A stretch of DNA of 63,800 bases, the filler included, from Octopus bimaculoides (Eukaryota): NCBI RefSeq assembly GCF_001194135.2. It is 5 parts of 5 records of this genome, joined end to end, with 100 filler letters (N's around TTAATTAATTAA, not from the genome) between each part and the next. Parts side by side here need not be neighbours in the genome. Positions count along the whole stretch, not along the records: positions 1 to 28,057 come from NC_068989.1; positions 28,158 to 50,633 come from NC_068993.1; 3 more parts are not named here. One strand, 5' to 3'. A program made the position numbers and the translations under genes. Positions 23,674 to 37,449 of the stretch are shown here, one piece after another. Positions within the stretch are counted from its first letter, which is position 1. The number at the start of each line of letters is the position of its first letter. Under the pieces are notes generated by a model. That model was not told the origin of the DNA. It did no database searches and worked only from the letters and a program-made list of their open reading frames with translations.

Positions 23674-25426
23674 TTATATACCCGGCGTGTTAACGTTTCT
23701 GCCAGCTCGCTGCCTTATTTATATCATATATTAATTGCTGCTAGGGACAGCGTATCTCCTTATGCAACCATAATATATGACCAAATATATTAAAGGCTTT
23801 AAATCAATATTGTGACCTACCTGTGTTAGCAGTGCGATTAAATTACATTTTAAAATTACCTCTATAGATTTTCTATTGAAACTTTAGCCAGTACTGAAAG
23901 TTAAGACGTTTCGTATACGAATACGTCCATGGAAACAATACGATGGAAGGTAAACGTGTGTAAATGCATATTTTAGGAGTTATTGCCCTTCTTCAGCACT
24001 ACATCCAACTATTGAACCATCCACAAACACATTACTTAAAGAGCAACTAAATATAGCGGCGTAGCACGATTGGATATACTAATTTTATATAATGAACACA
24101 TTCCTGGCAACAACCGCGTTATTTACATAGACGTATAGCTATGCAAAAGGTCATAACCTTTAGTGCTGACTCTAATTTCTAAAGAATATCCGTAGAAATA
24201 ACTTTAAATTGTGATTCATATATTCTACGGATCCAACGCTAACGTGTATCTTTTTTTTCTTTTTCTTAAGTAGAGTAAAAGAGGTGGTGCCACTGAGGTC
24301 TGCCTTTCAGGTAGAACATTTTGTGCTCAATGTTTTCAGGTAAAGCATAGCCAAGGATGGAATTCAAAAAACGTTCAGTTCCGGTAAGAAACGATAGAAC
24401 CAAATGTACACAAGGTGAGACACACTACGTATGATGAGCAGAGATGAGAGGGGTGGGTCTGATATACTTAAAAAGCGAGCGTTTGTAGATATGAGATATG
24501 AAATTCAGGAAACACTGCTTTAGATATTATTATACGATATTTGCTAAGTATTTCTGAATAAATTCCACTATTCCGCTGAAATATGCTCGTTTGGTTTTGC
24601 ATGTAACAATTGTAGCATTTCGTATATGTTGTCACGTACACCAATACAGGTTTTAATTCTTTATACTCGTTCATTAACGAAATCAAGGCTGAAGTATATA
24701 TTACACTCAAAACAAGAATTAGTGTGTATATATACATATTTATAGTTTGTATAAGTATATGAAAGCACCTTATGAATCGGCGCCCAAGCGACGGCATTTC
24801 CCTAACACAACATCTGTGGCGTAAACAATTGAGACATAAGATGTATGGAAAACAGCCAGCTTTACACGCACCAAAAGTTTTACCCAGGCTTAATAATAAA
24901 TGCTGGAAAGCCCCAAACATATGGTAACTAAATTATCATAATAAGTACCTTACATTTGTTCTGAAATTGAAAAGGTAAGTCATATCTGGGTTTGTTGTTA
25001 CTGTGAAATTTAGATAGCTGCAGCAAAATTTTAAAACTAGATGTAGTGTTACAGAGGTTGCACTTCGAAGTTTTCATTCAATTAACATGTGCTAACTGAC
25101 AAAAATGAATTATGTCTACGAGCTACAAAATAAATCAATATACCTAACATTATAATTCGCTGATCAGCTTAATCGCATCAGTATAGAAAAACTGTAAGAT
25201 TTTATGACTAATCTAGACGAAAAATCTATAGTAAAGGATCTAATATTTATATAAGTTATATAAAAACTGAATCAACTTAATTAATTCTTGGTATTTATCT
25301 ATTCAGCTAGTTATCTACTAAACTAGCTAACTGTCTGGTTAATCCTATATTTCAATCTAAATATTCTAAATTCTGTTTCATATTCTTTTCTCACTCTCTC
25401 TCTCTCTCTCTCTCTCCCCGTCTCTA

Positions 25427-25501
<75 letters not shown>

Positions 25502-25664
25502 GAACATATATGTATGTAAGTATGTATGTATGTATGCATGTATGTATGTATGTATGTATGTATGTATGTATATGTGTGTTGAAATAGATATGTGTGTGTA
25601 TGTATGTATATATATATATATATATGTATGTATATATGTATGTATGTATACATACATATATATA

Positions 25665-26052
25665 GGCGCAGGTGTGGCTGTGTGGTAAGTAGCTTGCATA
25701 CCAACCACGTGGTCCTGGGTTCAGTCCTACAACGTGGCACCTTAGGCAAGTGTCTTCTACTATAGCCTTGTGAGTGGATTTGGTAGACGGAAACTGGAAG
25801 AAGCCCATCGTATATGTATATGTATATATATATGTATATGTTTGTGCCTGTGTTTGTCCCCCACCAACATCGCTTGACAACCGATGGTGGTGTGTTTACG
25901 TCCCCGTAACTTAGCGGTTCGACAAAAGGAAAAAAACGATAGAATAAGTACTAGGCTTACAAAGAATAAGCTCCGGGGTCGATTTGCTCGCTTAAAGGCA
26001 TGTGTTCCAACATGGCCGCAGTCAAATGACTGAAACAAGTAAAAGAATAAAA
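25665..26052 (+). mobile_element. tRNA-derived SINE family C, near full length, with internal (TA/TG)n microsatellite
   Basis: Head ggcgcaggtgtggctgtgtggtaag...gggttcagtcc; central tatatgtatatg tract; tail catggccgcagtcaaatgactgaaacaagtaaaaga. Confidence 0.9.
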
Positions 26053-26590
26053 GAAAAGAAGAATATATACACATACATATATACATACAATCACACATGC
26101 ACACATATATATATATATATTTCAACACACATGATACACATACATACATACTTGTTGCCTTTCGGTTGTAAATTGCGAATAGCCATCTTAATAATTTATT
26201 GATATATATATATATATANNNNNNNNNNNNNNNNNNNNNNNNNNNNNNNNNNNNNNNNNNNNNNNNNNNNNNNNNNNNNNNNNNNNNNNNNNNNNNNNNN
26301 NNNNNNNNNNNNNNNNNNNNNNNNNNNNNNNNNNNNNNNNNNNNNNNNNNNNNNNNNNNNNNNNNNNNNNNNNNNNNNNNNNNNNNNNNNNNNNNNNNNN
26401 NNNNNNNNNNNNNNNNNNNNNNNNNNNNNNNNNNNNNNNNNNNNNNNNNNNNNNNNNNNNNNNNNNNNNNNNNNNNNNNNNNNNNNNNNNNNNNNNNNNN
26501 NNNNNNNNNNNNNNNNNNNNNNNNNNNNNNNNNNNNNNNNNNNNNNNNNNNNNNNNNNNNNNNNNNNNNNNNNNNNNNNNNNNNNNNNNN

Positions 26591-26634
<44 letters not shown>

Positions 26635-28101
26635 AATAGTGTCTACGTTAATGCTATTGTTTGTGTTTAACATGAAAGAAAGTATTACACAACGGCATCA
26701 TTTCAGCCGGAAGGTGAATCTGTTGAAGGTCTGAAAATATTGATGTTGAACTTTAGAAATTTGCTGTTATTCCAAACTGAAATAAAAATATGAGAAATAC
26801 GCTTCATAAAAGAACAATAAACATGAACACAATACTATTGCGGGTATATAGCAAAAAGACATGCGCTTCTCGATCATAGATGCCTATACACGAATACACA
26901 GACAAACACGCACACAAAGATACACAAACACATGCACATATACACATGTTAATATTCAGATAGGTATATCTATACGTACATATATGTGTGTGTGTGTATG
27001 TACCTATGTATGTGTGTATGTGTTCATTTATGTGTGGAAGTATCTGTACGTATTTAGACATGTCTGTATGTTCTTTTCTATTTAATTATTCGAGTTCTTC
27101 CTGTGCGGAAGATGCAAGTTTGTATAAAAGATACAAAAGTCTGTCTTTGGATTGTACATAAGAAAAAATGTCGCAAGCCGAACTTGAGGAAAGTCTTACA
27201 TATTTTTACTCTTCCGGTTTCAGATTATTTGTAATGGTTGATTTGAATGTATATGTGTGTGTGTGTGTATATATATATATATANNNNNNNNNNTGTATGT
27301 ATGTATGTATGTATGTATGTAGTAGGTAGTTCGGTATGTAGATAGTCGGTTACTTAAATAGGTTGACAGGTATGTAAGTATGCGTGTCCTAGAGGAATGC
27401 ACACAAATTTAATGTTTATTAACTTACTAAAACATTACTTTTGAAAACAAGTCACGTCTCACTCTTCAATATACTGTCGTGTATTAAAAATGCAATGAGT
27501 TCGCTACTTCAACGTCGCAATGCAATGCCTTTACTGTGACATGGGGTACAAGCACTTCTATCATGTACACACACACAAGATCAGAAATACTTTGCAAATA
27601 CAGAGACTTCAACAAGCACGTACTACAATACTTAAGCCTACCAACGCTAACAATACATATCCACCAGAACAGGGTTAACAATATGCTACGTAAATTAGCA
27701 AAGAATACTACAGGGACATGTTACAGCAGAACTCTTCTAAATTCTATAGAACTCCATCTTATTGCCATTCCTTTTATTCAGTGTATCTTTCTGCTCTATA
27801 GTTGATCACTTTTCCTTTTTTTTTTTTGTCTTTAATATTTGTGAATTTCATTACAAATTTCATTTCCCCGATATTTCTTCCATTATATGTCTATCCTCCT
27901 AGCCTGTTAACCGCACACGCCTCCCACGTCTCAGGTGGGATTATAAACAAATGTTACATCCATTTAATTAATATTGTGATTTAAAATTTATTCTACCTCA
28001 CTTTTTCGCTCATTTTTAACGCTTCTTATATATTCCACCAATTCTTTCCAGTATACCNNNNNNNNNNNNNNNNNNNNNNNNNNNNNNNNNNNNNNNNNNN
28101 N

Positions 28102-28113
28102 TTAATTAATTAA
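28102..28113. other. Assembly linker TTAATTAATTAA in a 44N+12+44N gap
   Basis: Identical 100-bp construct at four places; it contains stops in all six frames. Confidence 0.95.
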
Positions 28114-28157
28114 NNNNNNNNNNNNNNNNNNNNNNNNNNNNNNNNNNNNNNNNNNNN

Positions 28158-28196
<39 letters not shown>

Positions 28197-28659
28197 TTGT
28201 ATATATATAAAATTTGTTATCAAGGCTGTTGCCAATTACTTTACAATTAAACATATATAGAATTTAATTAATTACCGTGCAATGCTACCTTGTTATACTT
28301 CTTTCCCTGAAGAACTCTGCAATCTGCTATTTGCCATTTTATTTCTAACATAATTTCATCCTATAAATTTCAAAACCACTTGTCTGGAAACCACTTCTGT
28401 GGACAGATATCGAAGGATGTCATTCGCGTCTTTCTTAGAGCTGTAATATTTACGACTTTGTCTCTCTATTAAATTATGATATTTCGAACACTTTTAATTT
28501 GAAGTAGAAATGCGTTACCAAAGCAGAATATATTTCGTTACTATTGCATATGAGTTCCATCCGATATAAATGAGTTTGACAATGCTGTTGGGTACCAAGA
28601 CGCAAGCATTTTCTAGTACTTCATGCTAAATGACTACTAATGGTATGTCTTTCTCTGTC

Positions 28660-28715
<56 letters not shown>

Positions 28716-28718
<3 letters not shown>

Positions 28719-28992
28719 GAGCTTGCGAGGGGAGTTGGTAGATAGAAACTCTCTGTGTGTAAGTGTGTATGTGTGGGTGGGTATGTTAGTATATGTGTAC
28801 GTCTGTATGCATGTCTTTGAGTTCGTGTTTGGGCCCTACCATCGCATGAAAACCTGTGTTGGTTTCTTTACCCTCCTGTAATCTAGGGGTTCGAAAAGAG
28901 ATAGAAATCCTGGGATCGATTAGTACGACTAAAATTCTCCAAGGCGGCTCCCCAGCATCATTGCGGTCTGGTGCGTGTAACAAGCAAACGAT
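28716..28992 (+). mobile_element. SINE family C, old diverged copy
   Basis: Degenerate ttggtagatagaaact, internal TG tract, cctgggatcgatt...cgactaaaa...ccagcat. Confidence 0.55.
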
Positions 28993-30332
28993 AAAAGCTA
29001 CACACATACATACACACACACACACACACATTATGCATAAGAATGGTTATTGTAAACATGACAATGGCGGCGCCAAACATCGCGAAAACATCGAGCTGAG
29101 GCATAAGAACAAAATAAAAGACATGTAATATATATGTATATATAGATATATATATATACAGCTACAGAAAGCGTTAGTATGTGTACTCTGGCTATGTGAT
29201 AGAGACACAGTCCACAGTCGCTCCCTCACTCTTATATTCACATATTGGTAAAAATTTAAGCTTGTCGATCAAGAAAAGGAATCGAAAACCAAAAAAAAAA
29301 AAAGCTAAAACAAAAAAAAACGAATATGCAGTACACAATTTCATTGCGAATGAATAATTCTTTTATATTGATTATAATTTCGTAAATTTGTTTTCGGCCG
29401 CAAATTGCTGGCCGAAAGCCAATGAACACTAATGAGATAAAGTTTGCACTTTGTTAATACAAGAGCAGTCTGTAGAACGCTTGTAACGTATTTGTAATCT
29501 AGTTATACTCTACGTTCGATTATTTTGCACAGAAATTCCTATCAACATAAATAAACAGTTAGTTTATTTATGATGTTGTTTGTGCTGTTTTTCAGGTTTT
29601 CTTTTCTTTAGTTTTTCCCGTTTTCTTTTTATGTTTTGTTTTAGCGAAGTTTATTGATAGAATGTATGTGAAAATATAAATATGCAAATGCAGTAACACG
29701 TCTTGGCACACTTTTATCTGACATACATATGAATATCTTTCTAATTACAACATTTGTTTGTTTGTTTGTTTGTTTAATCGTCACTGTTTTAATGCCAATG
29801 TATCACTTTAATATATTTCGTGGTGATACAGTGTTTCCTTACTATACGTGCGTGTGTGTGGGTCTGAAGAAAGATTGATGTATGTGTATGTGTGTATATA
29901 TATATGTGTGTGTGTGTGTGTTTGTGGCTATATATACAAGTATGTGTGTTCGTATGAGCGCGTGTATGTACGTGTGCTTTGTATATAAATATATATATGT
30001 GTTCATGTATGTGTATATATNNNNNNNNNNNNNNNNNNNNNNNNNNNNNNNNNNNNNNNNNNNNNNNNNNNNNNNNNNNNNNNNNNNNNNNNNNNNNNNN
30101 NNNNNNNNNNNNNNNNNNNNNNNNNNNNNNNNNNNNNACACACACGCATACATACACGCACGCACACACACACGCACACATATGAAATATACTTTTTCTT
30201 ACTAAGGTGGAATTAAAACTTCTTATGATAGCTTGAAATTGTACCGCTCTAACCAACTACTTAGTCACGATTAGCACAACAGAAACCGGTGGAATATGTA
30301 AATATGTTATTTCATTTCATATATATATATAT

Positions 30333-30386
<54 letters not shown>

Positions 30387-30614
30387 TATCTTGTAATTAT
30401 AAAATATATTCATTAATTCAAATACGATTTAGGGGATTTCTTCATTCATAACATACAACATAAAGTCTTGTACATATACATGTGCGCGCGCGCGTTTGTG
30501 TGCGCGCGCGTATCTGTGCGCGTGTATGTGAGTCTGTGTGCGTATGTGTGTGCATGTGTGTATACATATATACAAACACACACACACTTTTTATTCTATC
30601 ACAGAACAGTGAAT

Positions 30615-30645
<31 letters not shown>

Positions 30646-30726
30646 GTACGTATGTACGTATGTATATATGTGTGTGGGTGTATGTGTATGTGTTTACGTA
30701 TATATATTTCTAACTATATATATCTG

Positions 30727-30763
<37 letters not shown>

Positions 30764-31071
30764 ACGCATACACAAGAACTATTATTATTTCAGCATAACT
30801 TGGAAAACAATAACAAGCAACAACATCAACAGCATCAACATAATTATAACTCTTCTGTGTAGAAAGTTAAAAATTGTCCATGTTGTCATGCGTCTCTGGC
30901 TACCAATACTTTTCCTACAGCACTCGCAGACATTGAAGATTAATGAGGTATACATTGATTCAAATGTATGAAAGAAGAGTGGAAAAGCTTTCTCTTTGAA
31001 AACACCAGTTGAGATTTTCAAAAAGGAACGGAAATTACCAACCTTACAAATGTTTAATAGTAGTGCGTATC

Positions 31072-31076
<5 letters not shown>

Positions 31077-31105
<29 letters not shown>

Positions 31106-31314
31106 GAATAATAATAATAATAATAATAATAATGATAATAACAACAACAACAACAACGCAATTATACTTTCGCAATCTGCTTTCTTCGATATTTCAACCA
31201 AGTCCGAATGAATTTCTTTGTTCAATCGTGTTTGAAAAGATCTTCTGCTCCGAAGATGTCACTAAGAATAGATGATTTGTATCCACAAGAATTACAACAT
31301 TATTATTATTGTTG

Positions 31315-31399
<85 letters not shown>

Positions 31400-31582
31400 C
31401 ATCATCATCATCATCATCCTCAACATCATCACTCCAATACGTCAATTGATAATGTTCCCTCTCTAAAAAATGTTATTCTATTATTACTAAAATAAAGATG
31501 ATAATGATTTTGATGATGGCGATGCCGCCGCTGCTGCTGATGATGATGATGATTATGATTGTAGTAGTAGTAGTAGTAGTAA

Positions 31583-31619
<37 letters not shown>

Positions 31620-31655
31620 GGTGGTGGTGGTAGTAGTAGTAGAAGAAGAAGAAGA
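31077..31655. repeat. Trinucleotide repeat cluster: AAT, AAC, ATT, ATC, GAT, GTA, GGT, GAA
   Basis: Direct reading. Confidence 0.9.
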
Positions 31656-32234
31656 AGTTAATATTGATAAGTGGAAAGAAAAGTGGAATACAGACTAAGT
31701 GTACAAGACGAATGTTGTGGATAAGTGAGATTCTATTAAACCCTAAACCTAAAATAAAACTACAACAAAAATTTAAATTCTGTTATTTATACATTCTTGA
31801 CTCTTACGTGTGTATCATGCTTGAGTTTGTGTCAATATGTGTATGGGAGAGAGTCAACCTACATGAGTGTGTATGTGTGTGTATGTGTGAATACGTTTGA
31901 CTTTGTGTCAGCAGACGTGCAGTTTTGCGATGTGTGTATATTGTATATGAACAATACTTGTGTTTGTTTTGATTTCACAAATTAACCTATTTCGTCTCTT
32001 TTATTATTGTCTTATATATATTTATCAATGGACGCCCATGTATTTATTTCGTTCACGTTTCCTAATTCATTTAGCCTTATTTCTTTTATAACAGCAACGA
32101 TAAAAATGCTAAATCTCAGCCACATTCTTGAACAGTGATAAGAAATGTTAGCGGGCGTCGTCTGAGGAAAAAGGGGGCGGCAGAACAGCAAAAATTCTTT
32201 GAACCCGAATAAAACTGTTTATGGTAAATTTTAT

Positions 32235-32375
32235 TTAACCCTTTAAAAATGAAGCTGCTGGGAACCAGCTCTGGTTTTATAGTATGGAATGTTTGTTTTA
32301 AAAGGGTCTAAATTAAAATCATCCAATGGAATTCCATGAAAATTTATGTTCCAAAGACCATCTTAAGAAACCTTT
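32235..32375. mobile_element. TTAACCC-ended MITE fragment, same family as 54834-55059
   Basis: Starts TTAACCCTTT; ctaaattaaaa.c.tcca...aattccatg..aat.tatgttc is shared with the reverse complement of 54930-55000. Confidence 0.55.
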
Positions 32376-32667
32376 TTATTATAGTCACAAGGTTTGAAAT
32401 GTTGGCACATGAGGCCTAGTCACTAACATCAATTTCAGTCTTCAAATAGTACATATTTCATCGACCTTGAAAGGATGAAACGTAAACTCGAATTCGGCGC
32501 GATTTGAACTTAGAAATAAAGATGGACGGAATGTCTTTAAGCATTTTGTCTGGTATTATAACGTTTATTATTTCTTTATTGCCCACAAGGGGCTAAACAT
32601 AGAGGGGACAAAGAAGGACAGACAAAGGGATTAAGTCAATTACATCGACCCCAGTGCGTAACTGGTA
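32375..32667 (-). mobile_element. Diverged family B SINE (32375-32566) joined at its head to a family B tail segment (32567-32667)
   Basis: gatttgaacttaga/gcattttgtctgg core, plus tttctttattgcccacaaggggctaaac...catcgaccccagtgcgtaactggta. Confidence 0.7.
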
Positions 32668-32794
32668 TTAAAATATACGTGCATATATACATGTTAATAG
32701 GGAGACACGAAGACTGGAAATATTCAGACGATGGACATTCATGTATAAATGTTTCGATATTCATATCTTCATTTATTAACAGAGCAGATTTACG

Positions 32795-32965
32795 TTCTTT
32801 TATTTGTTTCAGTCATTTGACTGCGGCCAGGACTTCTTCGTAAGCCTAGTACTTATTCTATCGATCTCTTTGCCAAACCGCTATGTGACAGAGACGTAAA
32901 CACACAAGCATCGGTTGCCAAGCGATGTTGGGGGAACAAACACAGAAACACAAACATATACATAC

Positions 32966-33012
<47 letters not shown>
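32795..33012 (-). mobile_element. SINE family C, 3' half, running into its microsatellite and a gap
   Basis: ttcagtcatttgactgcggcc...gtaagcctagtacttattctatcg...gcgatgttgggggaacaaacacaga. Confidence 0.85.
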
Positions 33013-33376
33013 NNNNNNNNNNNNNNNNNNNNNNNNNNNNNNNNNNNNNNNNNNNNNNNNNNNNNNNNNNNNNNNNNNNNNNNNNNNNNNNNNNNNNNNN
33101 NNNNNNNNNNNNNNNNNNNNNNNNNNNNNNNNNNNNNNNNNNNNNNNNNNNNNNNNNNNNNNNNNNNNNNNNNNNNNNNNNNNNNNNNNNNNNNNNNNNN
33201 NNNNNNNNNNNNNNNNNNNNNNNNNNNNNNNNNTTGTCTTACAAGTTCGACAGCTCTTTGCGTGGGCTCGAACTTACGTCATGATTTACGCAAATGTCAA
33301 GGACAGGCAACCAGAAGCAGATGAATAAAAATATTAGGAGAATCCAGCCTCCGTCATCAGTGTGGGTACTTAGGTA

Positions 33377-33421
<45 letters not shown>

Positions 33422-34935
33422 CTGTTTATGCCTAATCAATATATTTCGGGAAAGGGTCTTCAATTTTTTTTAAAATACAAGTTAAAACACAATTATAAAC
33501 CGCTGGGTCGTATTATAACTTGCTTTATTTTCGATTTAATAAAACGAATAAAACACAGATACACACACATGCATACACACACACACGTATATAAACACAT
33601 ATCTATTTATGCACGTGTTTATATATACAAGACGATATACTTCCGTATGGTCACGCGCGTGTATGTGTTTATAATGTAGCTTCTCATGGAGAATTGAATT
33701 TACGTTCGGTTTGCCATGTTTGTCTTTGATGAGTGTTGTTGCATATAAAATGTGAAGAATTGTGTCGTTATTTAAAATTCCTTGCACAGATGTTTGTTTT
33801 GCTGGTTCCAATATACACTTTATTAAATTTATGATTCCAAAGATAGCTTCGGTCAAAAAGTTCAAAAATAAATAATGATTAAAAATGATATCAAATATAA
33901 CAAGGGGAATGTCTATATGTATATGTGCGTGCGTATGTGTGTTTGTGTGTGTGTGCGTGTGTGTGTATGTATGTGTGTGTGTGTGCGTGTGTGTGTGTAT
34001 GTGTGAGTATCTGTGTGTGTGTGTATGTGTGTGAAGAAATTTTAAGAAAAATATGAGAGAAGCTAAAAATGAAAATGAACGATAAAAAAATATATTACCT
34101 TGGTTAGTGATTGATACGAAGAGGAATTTATTCACGAAGAAATGCATAAATGTATGTGTATATATATATATATATCTATGTCTACGTGCATATATATGTG
34201 TAAGTCTGTATAGATGTATATTCATACGAACACTTATATANNNNNNNNNNNNNNNNNNNNNNNNNNNNNNNNNNNNNNNNNNNNNNNNNNNNNNNNNNNN
34301 NNNNNNNNNNNNNNNNNNNNNNNNNNNNNNNNNNNNNNNNNNNNNNNNNNNNNNNNNNNNNNNNNNNNNNNNNNNNNNNNNNNNNNNNNNNNNNNNNNNN
34401 NNNNNNNNNNNNNNNNNNNNNNNNNNNNNNNNNNNNNNNNNNNNNNNNNNNNNNNNNNNNNNNNNNNNNNNNNNNNNNNNNNNNNNNNNNNNNNNNNNNN
34501 NNNNNNNNNNNNNNNNNNNNNNNNNNNNNNNNNNNNNNNNNNNNNNNNNNNNNNNNNNNNNNNNNNNNNNNNNNNNNNNNNNNNNNNNNNNNNNNNNNNN
34601 NNNNNNNNNNNNNNNNNNNNNNNNNNNNNNNNNNNNNNNNNNNNNNNNNNNNNNNNNNNNNNNNNNNNNNNNNNNNNNNNNNNNNNNNNNNNNNNNNNNN
34701 NNNNNNNNNNNNNNNNNNNNNNNNNNNNNNNNNNNNNNNNNNNNNNNNNNNNNNNNNNNNNNNNNNNNNNNNNNNNNNNNNNNNNNNNNNNNNNNNNNNN
34801 NNNNNNNNNNNNNNNNNNNNNNNNNNNNNNNNNNNNNNNNNNNNNNNNNNNNNNNNNNNNNNNNNNNNNNNNNNNNNNNNNNNNNNNNNNNNNNNNNNNN
34901 NNNNNNNNNAGAGAGATAATATATATGTGTGTGTA

Positions 34936-35086
34936 TCTGCGTAACTGGTTCTTAATTTATCGACCCCGAAACGATGAAAGGCAAAGTCGACCTCGGCGGA
35001 ATTTGAACTCAGAACGTAACGGCAGACGAAATACCGCTAAGATTTTCGCCCGGCGGGCTAACGTTTCTGCCTGCTCGTCGCCTTTC
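34936..35086 (-). mobile_element. SINE family B inserted into or adjacent to the mariner remnant
   Basis: Near-perfect reverse complement of 13035-13181. Confidence 0.9.
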
Positions 35087-35890
35087 ATGCGTATCTCTGT
35101 CAGGAAGTCTTTTACCAGTAAGCGATTGTGAACTGGTGCACTGTCCTTGTACAGATGCCATCGACGCAGGTGAAAGAGCAGTGGAAATTTTGCGACGTTA
35201 TGTTTTCCTGAACTTCTTCAAAATCTCCACCAAGTACTCTTTTTTTTTTTTGACGGTCTGGTCGAGGGAATCCAGCGAATATAAATGGCGCCCTTGCTGT
35301 CGAGAAAGGAGACTATGATGAGCTTTTTGGTAGAATTGCTTTGCCGAGTCTTCTTAGATCTAGGGGAAGTAGGATGCTTAGATTGGGTAGTGTCTGTTGA
35401 TATTCGGATCTCCCGATCAAAGAAGGAGTTCCACCTTTCGTCAATGTCACCAAAACTCGAATATCCTTGGATTGGTTATAATGAGCTCAATCATATTCCT
35501 GCTGCTACCAAGGCGTCTTTCTTTCACTTCGTCTCTGAACACCCTATGAAGAAACTTCACAAATTTTGAGCATGTAGAGTTGCCACACTGATGTATCAGA
35601 CTACACATATTGTCTATATAAATAATAGACCGTCTGAGAAAATTGCGAAATTTCTCAACCACCAATGACGTTCTGACATCTCTCTCCCTCTCATTTTTCT
35701 CATCATCTCTTCTCTTCTTCTCCACTGCGTTTGACCTTCTTGTGCCAGCGAAAAACATATGCACACGGCTTATACAAATGATTCCACAATGAGTCTTGAC
35801 TATCTCACGAATGAAACATTTTTTGTCCAGTTTAACACAAGCCATTATTACATAGCGATCTTCCAAATAATCTTCACGTTCCCAATGCAT
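35087..35890 (-). pseudogene. Decayed mariner (DD34D-type) transposase
   Basis: Across frameshifts: EDRYVIMACVKLDK (HTH N-terminus), RVFRDEVKERR, DERW (first catalytic D), KHPTSPRSKKTRQS, DSKGAIYIRW, EYLVEILKKFRK, WHLYKDSAPVHN...KDFL (second D). Broken by stops and frameshifts, truncated by a SINE. Confidence 0.9.
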
Positions 35891-35927
35891 TTTGCAAACT
35901 GGTCAGTTGTGAAAAGAAGGGTTTAAC

Positions 35928-35994
35928 AATAATAATAATAATAATAATAATGATAATAATAATAATGATAATAATAATAATAATAATAATAATA

Positions 35995-36047
<53 letters not shown>

Positions 36048-36058
36048 CATTATTATTA
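35928..36058. repeat. (AAT)n(ATT)n AT-rich palindrome
   Basis: Axis between 35995 and 35996, no spacer. Confidence 0.9.
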
Positions 36059-36376
36059 CTATGTTTTATTGTTACTGCTGTTGCCGCCGTTGTTTGTGTT
36101 TTGTTAGTGCCGACTGATATTAGTTATGTTTACTGCTGAATATTTCATGTAATATTTCTTTTCTTGTTAATAGTGTTTTTTTTAGTTATTTATTTATTTT
36201 AGTTTTCTTTCTCTTGTATTCTCTCGTGTTCTTTATCTAGTAATAGTTATATATTTTTGACTGTAATAGAGGTTAGAACTAATTCGAAAAGTTCCACCAA
36301 GACGAAACATTGAATTTATAAAATAAATTGGTTCCATAAATAATTTAACGGGATACTAGAATTGTAAATATACTCG

Positions 36377-36450
<74 letters not shown>

Positions 36451-36521
36451 NNNNNNNNNNCTATCTATCTATCTATCTATCTATCTATCTGTTTGTGTGT
36501 CTGTGTCTGTCTGCGTATCTG

Positions 36522-36558
<37 letters not shown>

Positions 36559-36563
36559 TTATC

Positions 36564-36594
<31 letters not shown>

Positions 36595-36657
36595 CTATCT
36601 GTCTACCTCTGTCTCACACTGTCTCTCTCTGTCTTTGTCTGTCTATCTTTCTATCTA

Positions 36658-36688
<31 letters not shown>

Positions 36689-36834
36689 ATTCAAATACAC
36701 ACATGCATGCAGTTATATATACTTACGTTCATACACGAATATACGTGTATATTTGTGTCTCTGCGTCTTTGTGTATACATATATGAGGAAATATTAAATG
36801 GGTAAGATGGAATCAGAGATGATGTTGTTCATGG

Positions 36835-36871
<37 letters not shown>

Positions 36872-36915
36872 AATGTTCAATATCGTAACAATAATAATAA
36901 TAATAATAATAATAA

Positions 36916-36946
<31 letters not shown>

Positions 36947-36960
36947 AANNNNNNNNNNAC

Positions 36961-37026
<66 letters not shown>

Positions 37027-37065
37027 AAGAAGAAGAAGAAGAAGAAGAAGAAGAAGAAGAAGAAA
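36835..37065. repeat. (GAT)n(AAT)n(AAG)n compound microsatellite; the AAT/AAG block appears on both sides of a 10-N gap
   Basis: Direct reading. Confidence 0.9.
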
Positions 37066-37449
37066 TGAAGAGTTTGAGAGGATGAAGAACAAAAAAATGA
37101 TGTTAACTCTGCTTTTTTCTGTTTTACGACACCGTCTGTTTAATATGAAGGTTTGTCTCATTGATTTTTTTAAAATACCACACTTGTGCAGTGTTAGAAT
37201 ATTACTGGAGCTAGGTTTAAAAAAACAGCAAAACATTAATATATGCATATATATATATATATANNNNNNNNNNNNNNNNNNNNNNNNNNNNNNNNNNNNN
37301 NNNNNNNNNNNNNNNNNNNNNNNNNNNNNNNNNNNNNNNNNNNNNNNNNNNNNNNNNNNNNNNNNNNNNNNNNNNNNNNNNNNNNNNNNNNNNNNNNNNN
37401 NNNNNNNNNNNNNNNNNNNNNNNTATATGTATGCATATGTATTTCGCCA

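Noticed and set aside
24468-24920. 150-aa minus-strand ORF
   Set aside because: AT-rich, non-ATG start, no recognisable domain or splice signals; consistent with a chance ORF.
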